Shown: piece by piece, positions 8,400-16,581 of the stretch | How the letters are laid out: every line of letters begins with the position of its first letter | How positions within the stretch are numbered: the first letter of the stretch is position 1 | Assembly (NCBI GenBank): GCA_023255095.1 | Contig: JALRJJ010000095.1 | Span: forward strand, 1 to 25,122 | DNA length: 25,122 nt | Reading direction: 5' to 3' | From: a bacterium | GTDB taxonomy: Bacteria > Fidelibacterota > Marinisomatia > Marinisomatales > Marinisomataceae | Translations under genes and position numbers: made by a program | Notes under the pieces: generated by a model | Seen by the model: only the letters and a program-made list of their open reading frames with translations | What the model was told of the DNA's origin: nothing | Databases searched by the model: none

Positions 8400-11096
8400 A
8401 TGAAAAATGTATTAACAGCACTATTTTTTTTAGGAGTTATTATGTCACAAGTTAAATATCCGGGATATGAATTTGTTAAAGAGGAGGGTGGAATTAAGGA
8501 ATATAGACTTATTTCCAACAACCTTTCGGTTTTATTAAAACAAGACAACACAGCCCCCGTTGCAACTTTTATGGTTACCTATAATGTTGGGTCTCGCAAT
8601 GAAGCTATTGGTTATACGGGATCAACACACCTATTAGAGCACCTTATGTTTAAAGGGTCAAAAAAGTTTAATACCGATAAAGGGAATTCTGTTTTTCAGG
8701 TATTACAGTCTGTGGGAGCAAGAATGAATGCAACCACCTGGCTAGACAGAACAAACTATTTTGCAACTGTTCCAAGCCAATATCTTGAGACCGTTATTGA
8801 GGTTGAGGCCGACAGAATGAGAAACGCATATATAAAAGAAGAAGATAGGCAGTCAGAAATGACAGTGGTAAGAAACGAATACGAGAGAGGACAAAATAGC
8901 CCTGTTTCGGTTTTAGATGAAAATATTTGGGCTACCGCATATCACGCTCACCCATATCATCACTCAACTATCGGCTGGAAAACAGATATAGAAAACGTTT
9001 CGATTGAAAGGCTAAAAGAATTCTATGATACTTTTTATTGGCCAAACAATTCAACAGCAATCGCGATTGGAGATTTTTCTGAAAAAGAAGCACTCGCGCT
9101 TATTAAAAAACATTTTGGTAGAATTAAAAAAAGCAAGGAAGACATTCCGCAGGTTTATACTGAAGAGCCAAAACAGGAGGGCAAAAGGACAATTACTTTA
9201 AAGCGCGCCGGACAACAGGCCGTTTTGGGTGTTGCACACAAAACCCCTTCAGCAACTGACAAGGATGCACCAGCGTTTACTGTGTTGTCATCTGTTTTGT
9301 CATCGGGTAAAAATAGCAGGTTTTATAAAAACATTACTGATAAGGGCCTAACCACAAGTATTTACATTTGGGACTCTCTCTTTAGAGATCCCGGCCTTTT
9401 CACAGTTTTTGCTAACCTATCCCCAGAAGTTTCGCACCAAGAAGTTGAATCCATGATTGTATCTGAATATGAAAAAATAGCCAAAGAAGGAATAACTTCA
9501 GATGAACTACAAAAAGCAAAAGCCCAAATTATATCTTCTCTCAAATTTGGTCAGGATGGAAGCTATTCAATTGCTGGGGGCCTTAATGAGGCAATTGCTG
9601 CTGGAGACTGGACGCTATATACCTCCTATGAAGACAAAATAAACGCTGTTTCAGTTGAAGACGTTCAAAGAATCGTGGTAGAATATTTTAAAGAAGATCT
9701 TTCCACTATAGGATATTTTATTCCAGAAAATGGAGGGTCTCAAAATAGTGAAAAAATAATTAAAAGCGCCCAGGAGCTCAAAGAAGAAAAAATAAAATAT
9801 TTTTCTAAAGAAGAACTGTTTTCTTCAAAAGTAGAATACTCAGAGCCAGTCGAAGGAATTAGCCTTTACACCCTTAATAGGGGGAGTGGTGTGGTTACTT
9901 TACGAGGTAGTTTTTTGGGGGGTGACATATTTGCGCCAAGTTCCAACCCTAGAATCCCTGATATGGTTGTGTCAATGCTAGATCAAGGAACTGCCAGTCA
10001 AACAAAATTTGAGATAAGTGAAAAATTAGAGAAGGTTGGTGCAAGACTAGGTTTTTCAAACGGAAAAGACACTGTTGGTTTTAGTGCAAAGTTTCTTTCG
10101 TCTGAAACCGAATTAATTTTTGATCTTTTATCTGACCAGCTTGCAAACCCAAAGTTTGACAGTCAAGAGCTTGATAAAATTAAAAAACAGCTAGAAACAG
10201 GATATAAAAGATCAAAGGAAAGCACTAGGGGAAATGCGGTAAATAAGATGCTAGAAGCTTTCTATGGAAAAAATCATCAAAACTCACCCATTAATCCAGA
10301 TGAGGCAATTGAAGACATTAAAAAATCAACCAGAGAGGATCTCCTTAAATATCATAAAGAATTTTATGGAAGAGGTTCTATGGTTATCGTCGTAGTTGGA
10401 GATGTATCCCATAAGGTTTTAAGTGACATGATTAAAGAAAAACTATCCAAGCTCCCGATTGTAAACACAAAGCCAATAAAAGAAAAAGCTCTTGGCCAAC
10501 CTGTTTCAGTTAAGACTTATGTTTCAATGCAAGACAAGACCAGCACGGATTTCATTGTTGGGACTCCACTTGGAATTGATAGATATAGCAACGACTATAT
10601 TCCTTTGTATTTAGCAAACCATGTTCTTGGTGGTAATTTTTCTGCTAGACTGATGCAAGCTGTTCGAGTCAAGGAGGGTTTAACATATGGTATTAACTCC
10701 TCTGTTTCTGGAATGGGCAACGGCAATGATGGTTATTGGTATGTTGGGGGAACATTTGCTCCCCAGCTTTTAGAAAAAGGTGAATCCGCTACATTGGAAC
10801 AAATTAAGCTCTGGGCAACGGAAGGCATTACACAAGAAGAATTAGATACCGCAAAATCAACCATCAACGGAAACTATCAGGTTGGATTTGATACAACAGG
10901 GGGAATTGCGTCAAGTATTCTAAACTCTATTCTTGACTATGGAAGCTTAGACTACATAGATAATTTCACTATGAGTATAAATTCTGTAACTCTTGATCAA
11001 GTAAATAGTGCTATCAAAAAATATATAAAATTTGATAACCTTTATCAGGTTGCCGCTGGAAGCATTGATGAAAACGGAAAGCCTCTAAGCGATTAG
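8400..11096 (+). CDS. Secreted M16 family (PqqL/pitrilysin-like) zinc peptidase, fused two-module form
   Basis: 898 aa. Signal peptide; inverted zinc motif HLLEH; NATTWLDRTNY; EADRM...ERQSE...VRNE; second inactive module; AGGAG RBS at 8389-8393. Confidence 0.9.
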   Translation: MKNVLTALFFLGVIMSQVKYPGYEFVKEEGGIKEYRLISNNLSVLLKQDNTAPVATFMVTYNVGSRNEAIGYTGSTHLLEHLMFKGSKKFNTDKGNSVFQVLQSVGARMNATTWLDRTNYFATVPSQYLETVIEVEADRMRNAYIKEEDRQSEMTVVRNEYERGQNSPVSVLDENIWATAYHAHPYHHSTIGWKTDIENVSIERLKEFYDTFYWPNNSTAIAIGDFSEKEALALIKKHFGRIKKSKEDIPQVYTEEPKQEGKRTITLKRAGQQAVLGVAHKTPSATDKDAPAFTVLSSVLSSGKNSRFYKNITDKGLTTSIYIWDSLFRDPGLFTVFANLSPEVSHQEVESMIVSEYEKIAKEGITSDELQKAKAQIISSLKFGQDGSYSIAGGLNEAIAAGDWTLYTSYEDKINAVSVEDVQRIVVEYFKEDLSTIGYFIPENGGSQNSEKIIKSAQELKEEKIKYFSKEELFSSKVEYSEPVEGISLYTLNRGSGVVTLRGSFLGGDIFAPSSNPRIPDMVVSMLDQGTASQTKFEISEKLEKVGARLGFSNGKDTVGFSAKFLSSETELIFDLLSDQLANPKFDSQELDKIKKQLETGYKRSKESTRGNAVNKMLEAFYGKNHQNSPINPDEAIEDIKKSTREDLLKYHKEFYGRGSMVIVVVGDVSHKVLSDMIKEKLSKLPIVNTKPIKEKALGQPVSVKTYVSMQDKTSTDFIVGTPLGIDRYSNDYIPLYLANHVLGGNFSARLMQAVRVKEGLTYGINSSVSGMGNGNDGYWYVGGTFAPQLLEKGESATLEQIKLWATEGITQEELDTAKSTINGNYQVGFDTTGGIASSILNSILDYGSLDYIDNFTMSINSVTLDQVNSAIKKYIKFDNLYQVAAGSIDENGKPLSD

Positions 11097-11545
11097 TGAA
11101 AATTATTTTGATTGCGGCAATAAGCCTAGACGGATTTATTGCCGCAAATAAAGATGATAGGCTTACGTGGACAAAAGACAAACATCTTTTTCAAAAGCAA
11201 ACTTTAGACCACCATGTTGCAATAGGAAAAAGAACTCTTAGCCTTATTAATTCAGTTTTGCCCAATCGAATCATTGTGCCAATTGATAGAGAAACAAAAA
11301 TCCAAGATTTATTAAAAACACTTTGCGCTAAAACTATTTTTGTTGCTGGAGGAGCAGAAACAAACAAAGCGTTTATTGAAAACATAACACACCTATACTT
11401 AACGCCACACCCTTTAATTTTTGGCACTGGTATTAAGCTTTTTGGAGACAAAAACTTCACTCAAAAAACTAGACTGGAAAAAATTGTTTCTATTGAAGGA
11501 AAAGAAAATTTGAAACAATATCAATTTAAGGTGATCAATCATTAA
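11096..11545 (+). CDS. Dihydrofolate reductase family protein
   Basis: 149 aa, GTG start overlapping the preceding TAG. DHFR-like pattern IAA.SLDG.I..W..D...F...T...V..G..T......LPNR, GGA, and P.IFG.G..LF. Confidence 0.75.
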   Translation: MKIILIAAISLDGFIAANKDDRLTWTKDKHLFQKQTLDHHVAIGKRTLSLINSVLPNRIIVPIDRETKIQDLLKTLCAKTIFVAGGAETNKAFIENITHLYLTPHPLIFGTGIKLFGDKNFTQKTRLEKIVSIEGKENLKQYQFKVINH

Positions 11546-12386
11546 ATCTTATTATTAAATAAAGGCCAACCAAAGTAATTGCGCCTCCCATAACAGTAGT
11601 CGGGCTCACTGTTTCACCAAAAAAATACAACCCACCCAAAGAAGAAACAAAAGGCTCTCCAAGGGGGATAGCTGCAACTGTGGTTGGATTTATGGATTTT
11701 ATTAAATAATAAAAAATATTATGCCCAACAAGCGTTGGTATTAATGCCAAAAAAATAAAACCAGTAAACTCAGTTTTATTGAAACCAAAAATGTTAACAT
11801 TAAAAAGAATCGCAATAATAAAAATCGTGACCGAAGCAAAAAAGAACAACCATCTTGAAAATTCCATAAGCCCGATATCTTTTCGGACTTTTTTCCCAAT
11901 AATTAAAACCCCAGCCATTGCAACAGAACAGCCTACAGCAAGTAAATTTCCCAAAACACGAGATTCCGGCACGCTATCTCCTGGTGATATTATAACTAAA
12001 AAACTTCCCGCTAGCGCAAAAAACAAACCCAAAAACGAGAAAAAAGAAGGACGCGAATTTTCCCAGAAAAACAAATAAACCATAGTAAAAACAGGGGCAA
12101 TAGTTCCTAAAAGAGAAGCTTCAGCTATGCTTGATAACTGTACAGACTTAAAAAATAAGCAAAAATGTATTCCTAAAAAAAATCCAGACAGAGCAATTTT
12201 TTTTGTGGGAACAAAAGAGAAAAAAGTTTTGTAAGAAAAAATAAACATGAAAAAACTAGCCAAAAACATCCTCCAGAAAGCAAGAGTAATTGCGCTTGTC
12301 TCAGAAAAAAACCGGACAACCCAAGCAGATGAGCTTACAGCAATCAGGGCAATAAACAACAAAATAAAACTATTTTTATTTTTCAT
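11535..12386 (-). CDS. DMT/EamA family transporter
   Basis: About 10 hydrophobic segments in two EamA-like halves (TLAFWRM...SVQLSSIAEASLLGTIAPVF; GNLLAVG...VGHNIFYY...LGEPFVSS..G..FFGE). Start placed at ATG 12386 (MKNKNSF). Confidence 0.88.
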   Translation of the reverse strand: MKNKNSFILLFIALIAVSSSAWVVRFFSETSAITLAFWRMFLASFFMFIFSYKTFFSFVPTKKIALSGFFLGIHFCLFFKSVQLSSIAEASLLGTIAPVFTMVYLFFWENSRPSFFSFLGLFFALAGSFLVIISPGDSVPESRVLGNLLAVGCSVAMAGVLIIGKKVRKDIGLMEFSRWLFFFASVTIFIIAILFNVNIFGFNKTEFTGFIFLALIPTLVGHNIFYYLIKSINPTTVAAIPLGEPFVSSLGGLYFFGETVSPTTVMGGAITLVGLYLIIRFND

Positions 12387-12405
12387 AAGTGGTAATTTCT
12401 CAGCT

Positions 12406-13218
12406 ATGAAATTACACAAATTTATTGCAGTTTTTTTTGTTTCTTTTTTGTTCGCTCAGAGCAGCCAACCAAACTCTAAAACAATACAATTTTTGATTGA
12501 AGATCAACAAATTCAAAAAATATATTCATCGGAAACAATTAAAAGCATTTTTAAAAATCCCCAACAAAAAGATGTTGAAAAAATATTGCTCAAGTTTAAA
12601 AACAAACCTGAAAAAACCCGCACACTGCAGGAATATTCCAAAATTTTTATTACCGACAAAAGAATAAACCGTGCACTAGTTTTTTATGTTTCCAATAAAA
12701 ACCTTTTTAGAGAGGTTTATGTTCAAACGAAGGTAGACCCCTTTCTTGTTCTTTCAATTATTTCTATGGAGACAAATTTTGGTGAGGCTCAAGGAGAGTT
12801 TAGGTTAATTGACTCTTTTTTTACACAAATTGAATATATCCCGGAAAGAAAAGAGTGGGCAGAAAAGCAGCTTAAACAATTTTTGATATATTGTTTTAAT
12901 GAAAAAATTGCTCCAGAATCCGTAAAGGGATCATATGCTGGGGCTTTTGGGTATGGTCAATTTATTCCCACAAGCTTTGAATCGTTATTTATTGACTTTA
13001 ATCTAGATGGTAAAAAAGATCCATATGGTTGGGAAGACACCATTGGAAGCATATCTAACTATCTTTTTCAAAACCAATACCCTGTTGATAATAATAATTT
13101 TAGTATCAATTCAGAAATTTGGAAGTCTGTTAGGACGTATAACAGGTCAGACAACTATGCTTCAACCGCAATTTATTTAAGAAACGAAATACTCAAAGAA
13201 TTTTATTTATTAGACTAA
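12406..13218 (+). CDS. mltB: Lytic murein transglycosylase, MltB family
   Basis: Catalytic 'SMETNFG', 'GSYAGAFGYGQFIPTSF', 'DFNLDGKKD', 'SISNYL', 'YNRSDNYA'. Start placed at ATG 12406, which begins the signal peptide MKLHKFIAVFFVSFLFAQ; the ORF-track extension to 12247 is antisense to the DMT gene. Confidence 0.85.
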   Translation: MKLHKFIAVFFVSFLFAQSSQPNSKTIQFLIEDQQIQKIYSSETIKSIFKNPQQKDVEKILLKFKNKPEKTRTLQEYSKIFITDKRINRALVFYVSNKNLFREVYVQTKVDPFLVLSIISMETNFGEAQGEFRLIDSFFTQIEYIPERKEWAEKQLKQFLIYCFNEKIAPESVKGSYAGAFGYGQFIPTSFESLFIDFNLDGKKDPYGWEDTIGSISNYLFQNQYPVDNNNFSINSEIWKSVRTYNRSDNYASTAIYLRNEILKEFYLLD

Positions 13219-14590
13219 CTATCCTTTTTTTGGTTTTGTTATAAGGAGGAAGAATTAGTCTAAAGGGGGTAATGTAAGAGCTTTTCATTATAGATTTAAA
13301 ATGAGATAGTTCATCAAAGCCGTGTTTTCCATGATAACTGCCTAGTCCGCTATTATTAATTCCTCCAAAAGGAAGGTTTGGATTGGCATGATGAATAACA
13401 CAGTCGTTTATGATAAACGCCCCACTAGAGGTTTCTTTTTCTAGCCTGGATGAAAATTTTTTATTTTTGGTAAAACAATAAAGAGCTAAAGGTTTAGGTT
13501 TAGAATTTATATAATTAATTGCCTCATCTAATTTTTCATATTTTAAAACCGGCAACAAAGGACCAAAGACTTCTTCTTGCATTATTTTGGAGTTTTGGGC
13601 GGGCTGACAAATAATTGTTGGTTCAATTGTTAAGGTTTCTTTGTGTTTATTGCCACCGTAAATTTTTGCGCCACCGAGCCTTGCGTCTTCAATCAGGCCG
13701 TCTATTCTGCTAAAGTGGGATTCGCTAACAATATTACACATGTTGTTTTTTGGCCCATCAAGTAAGAATTTTTCGAAATATTTTCTTATTTCAGAAACAA
13801 GCGAATCCATTAAAGATGCTTGGCATAAAATATAGTCAGGAGCTGTGCAAGTTTGACCAGCATTTGCGAACTTAAAAAAAGCAATTTTCCAGGCAGCGTC
13901 TTGAAGATTACAGTTCTTATCAATAACAACTGGGGATTTTCCTCCAAGCTCTAGAGTAACCCCGGCAAGATGTTTTGCAGCAGCTTCCATCACCAAAGAT
14001 CCTTTCTGGGGGCTGCCAGTAAAAAAAATATGATCAAAAGAAAGACCCAAAAGATGTTCAGCCATTCTTCCATCTCCCTCAATAACAGCTACTTCTTGCG
14101 GAGTAAAAACATTATTACAAATGTCACGTACAACCAAGGAGCTTTCAGGCGTAAACTCTGATGGCTTGATAATAACAGCATTTCCAGAAGAGACTGCAGA
14201 AATAAGAGGATTAATGCTAAGCATAATTGGATAATTCCATGGGGCTAGAATTAGAACCCGACCCTTGGGTTCCGCCAAAACCGAAGGTTCTGCAAAAGAA
14301 GTTAAAAGATTTCGGGGAACATATTTTTTTTTCATCCATTTTCCCACATTTTTGATTGCAAACTTAAGCTCTGTCTTGATTCCAATAATTTCAGTTAAGA
14401 TAGACTCTACATCAGATTTACCAAGGTCTGCCATAAGAGCAGCTTTAATTTTTTCTTCATTTTTTTTTATTTCGGATAAAAGCAAAGTAAGTTTTTTTTT
14501 GCGTTGAGCTGAGTTCTCATTTTTGAGCTTAAGCAGAGACGGTCCCTGATTATCAAAAATAAAAGACGCTTTGTCAAATGTATCTTTCAT
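13193..14590 (-). CDS. NAD(P)-dependent aldehyde dehydrogenase (ALDH3 / coniferyl-aldehyde dehydrogenase-like)
   Basis: 465 aa. Motifs PWNYP, KPSE, FFTGS, catalytic ELGGKSP and NAGQTC, EEVFGP, LPFGG...SGLGSYHG. Confidence 0.93.
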   Translation of the reverse strand: MKDTFDKASFIFDNQGPSLLKLKNENSAQRKKKLTLLLSEIKKNEEKIKAALMADLGKSDVESILTEIIGIKTELKFAIKNVGKWMKKKYVPRNLLTSFAEPSVLAEPKGRVLILAPWNYPIMLSINPLISAVSSGNAVIIKPSEFTPESSLVVRDICNNVFTPQEVAVIEGDGRMAEHLLGLSFDHIFFTGSPQKGSLVMEAAAKHLAGVTLELGGKSPVVIDKNCNLQDAAWKIAFFKFANAGQTCTAPDYILCQASLMDSLVSEIRKYFEKFLLDGPKNNMCNIVSESHFSRIDGLIEDARLGGAKIYGGNKHKETLTIEPTIICQPAQNSKIMQEEVFGPLLPVLKYEKLDEAINYINSKPKPLALYCFTKNKKFSSRLEKETSSGAFIINDCVIHHANPNLPFGGINNSGLGSYHGKHGFDELSHFKSIMKSSYITPFRLILPPYNKTKKRIVSLINKIL

Positions 14591-14635
14591 CTTTCAATTT
14601 AATTAATTATAAATTATAACATTAATTAAAAATCA

Positions 14636-14953
14636 ATGATTAAAGAAATAGATATAGGTCATAAAGCTTATAGCGTAGACGAAGCATTGTCTGAGCTGTC
14701 TTTTGTAATAAGCGAAGCTAAAAACAACAATTTAGTTGCAGTAAAAATAATTCATGGTTCAGGTGGGGGTTTTATAAGTCGCGCAGTTAGAGAATGGGGA
14801 GAGAGCCAAGAGGGAAGATTTAAGGATATTATCTATGGAGAAAACTATAATATGTTTAATGAAAATGCTGTTAAAATGAGATCCGAAGCAAACGAAACAC
14901 AAGATCACGATTTTAATAGAACCAACCCGGGGATAACAATATTTTGGCTTTAA
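14636..14953 (+). CDS. Stand-alone Smr (small MutS-related) domain protein
   Basis: 105 aa. 'IDIGHKAYSVDEAL', 'VKIIHGSG' and terminal 'NPGIT' match the Smr pattern (DLHG..V.EA, IIHG.G, N.G.T). Confidence 0.75.
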   Translation: MIKEIDIGHKAYSVDEALSELSFVISEAKNNNLVAVKIIHGSGGGFISRAVREWGESQEGRFKDIIYGENYNMFNENAVKMRSEANETQDHDFNRTNPGITIFWL

Positions 14954-16581
14954 AGATTTCTAAGGCCCTTTACAGAAATTTTTTGATTGTTTATCATTGA
15001 TTCATATACTAAGCTAATTGGAATATTGCCTGTTGCACTTATAAGGTCCATAAATTTTGACATTTCAAATTTAACTCCTGTTGATTCACACTCTTTTTTA
15101 TACTCTGATAAAATTTGTTCAAAAATAATCTTCCCAGTAATATAAGATGTTCCATATCCGGGTTGTCGCAAATAAAGAAGTTGTTCAAACTTAAGAAGAC
15201 TTTCTTCTCTTTCCATCCAACCTCTTGGCGTCCACGTTACGTGAACCCTTCCCGCTTCCTCCATCGACATTAGGTTGGCGTGAGCATAAAGAGACCCCAG
15301 GCCTCTTGCGGCTCTTTGGGCCAACATGATCCAAACGATTTCTTTACTTCGGGGAGAGTCGTTATAAATACCAGCGTTCATAAAAACTTCTTCAACCGCA
15401 GTTGCGATTCCTTCATTTTTTGAATCAAAAATATTGTACAAAAGGGGCGACCTTCTTATGGTTCTTTTATGGGGATTATCCCTCATTTCTGCCAACTCAA
15501 ACCAGTGGTAGAAATGTGAATAAAGCGGAACGGGATCTAAGTGCAAACCAATTATAAAAAAATTTCTTTCACTTTCAGGAACAAATGACCCCATATGTTT
15601 TCTAAGCTCAGGCTCCATATTATTTTTAACTGTTAAAATATTTTTTTCTTTTAAAAACCCCATCAGCCTTTGAACGCCCAGCTCGGACAACTGCTTAAAT
15701 TCTTCTTCGCTGTTTGCAGCAACAATTTTTGGCAGCATCGAATTGTTAACTTCCTCAAGCGCTAGATTGTTCCACGCTCTAAAAAGCTCACGCTCAAGAA
15801 GAAAAACCTCTTCGTCCCAGCTAAAGGGAAGAAGGTGAACATTTTGCTGATACCAAGTGTAGTTTTCTTTTCCTACACCAGAAGGCCCATTTTTTTTGGG
15901 CAGCTCTTTTTCAAGCCATACTACAAAATTGTCAGTATCTATAATTGCTTGAGATATAGCGCTATATAAATCTGGCTGAGAGTCCTTATTAATTTTTTTT
16001 GATAAAGAACTAAGGTCGCGGGATTGATTCTTCATAATCTGTATTCCGCCCATCCATAAATCTCGAGCATTACCCACAAGGTTTGTTTTTGCTTGTTTTA
16101 GAAATGGACCAATTGCTCGCAGTTTTAATTCAACCTCTTTTGCACTTTTTTGATCAAGAGGAAAACTGTATATCCACAGCTCAAGAGTTGCGTGGTTGGT
16201 GGGGCCTTCATGATCGGGAACGTCGCTTTGATAGTTCCATAAAACCCTGTAAAAACCAGGATCTCTTTCCCAAGGTTTTAAAACTCTATAATTAAAGTCG
16301 TATCCATTAATTTCCGCTACTAAAATTTTCCAGTCTAAAATTCCATCTTTATCAAGAAAAGAGGTATCAAAATTAATTACTCTTTTTTTAATTGATAAAA
16401 ATTCTCGCTGTTTAGAATTGAATGCTTTTTTGGAGTAGTCAGGAACACCGTTATTAAATGAAGGTTTTTCAAAGCTTCTCCACTCTAGAAACATGTTTTC
16501 AAGGTCTTGTAGGTTTTGTCCGCAAAGAGAAAATAAAAAAAGAGAAAAAAAGAAAGTTTTTTTAATCAAGCATAATCTCAT
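14950..16581 (-). CDS. Exported hypothetical protein, distantly DUF885 / gluzincin-like
   Basis: Long ORF with a signal-peptide-like N-terminus. 'NEGIATAVEE' and 'QPGYGTSYITGK' resemble the DUF885 motifs EGWA.YAE and PGQA.SY..G. Start is ATG 16581 or TTG 16596. Confidence 0.6.
   Translation of the reverse strand: MRLCLIKKTFFFSLFLFSLCGQNLQDLENMFLEWRSFEKPSFNNGVPDYSKKAFNSKQREFLSIKKRVINFDTSFLDKDGILDWKILVAEINGYDFNYRVLKPWERDPGFYRVLWNYQSDVPDHEGPTNHATLELWIYSFPLDQKSAKEVELKLRAIGPFLKQAKTNLVGNARDLWMGGIQIMKNQSRDLSSLSKKINKDSQPDLYSAISQAIIDTDNFVVWLEKELPKKNGPSGVGKENYTWYQQNVHLLPFSWDEEVFLLERELFRAWNNLALEEVNNSMLPKIVAANSEEEFKQLSELGVQRLMGFLKEKNILTVKNNMEPELRKHMGSFVPESERNFFIIGLHLDPVPLYSHFYHWFELAEMRDNPHKRTIRRSPLLYNIFDSKNEGIATAVEEVFMNAGIYNDSPRSKEIVWIMLAQRAARGLGSLYAHANLMSMEEAGRVHVTWTPRGWMEREESLLKFEQLLYLRQPGYGTSYITGKIIFEQILSEYKKECESTGVKFEMSKFMDLISATGNIPISLVYESMINNQKISVKGLRNL

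Noticed and set aside
12247-12405. 53 aa N-terminal extension of MltB
   Set aside because: It is antisense to the DMT coding region, and a clean signal peptide begins at ATG 12406.
14324-14500. Three 9 nt T runs (A runs on the coding strand) in the ALDH 5' region as phase-variation tracts
   Set aside because: The frame is intact, they encode Lys-rich segments, and such runs are common at this AT content.
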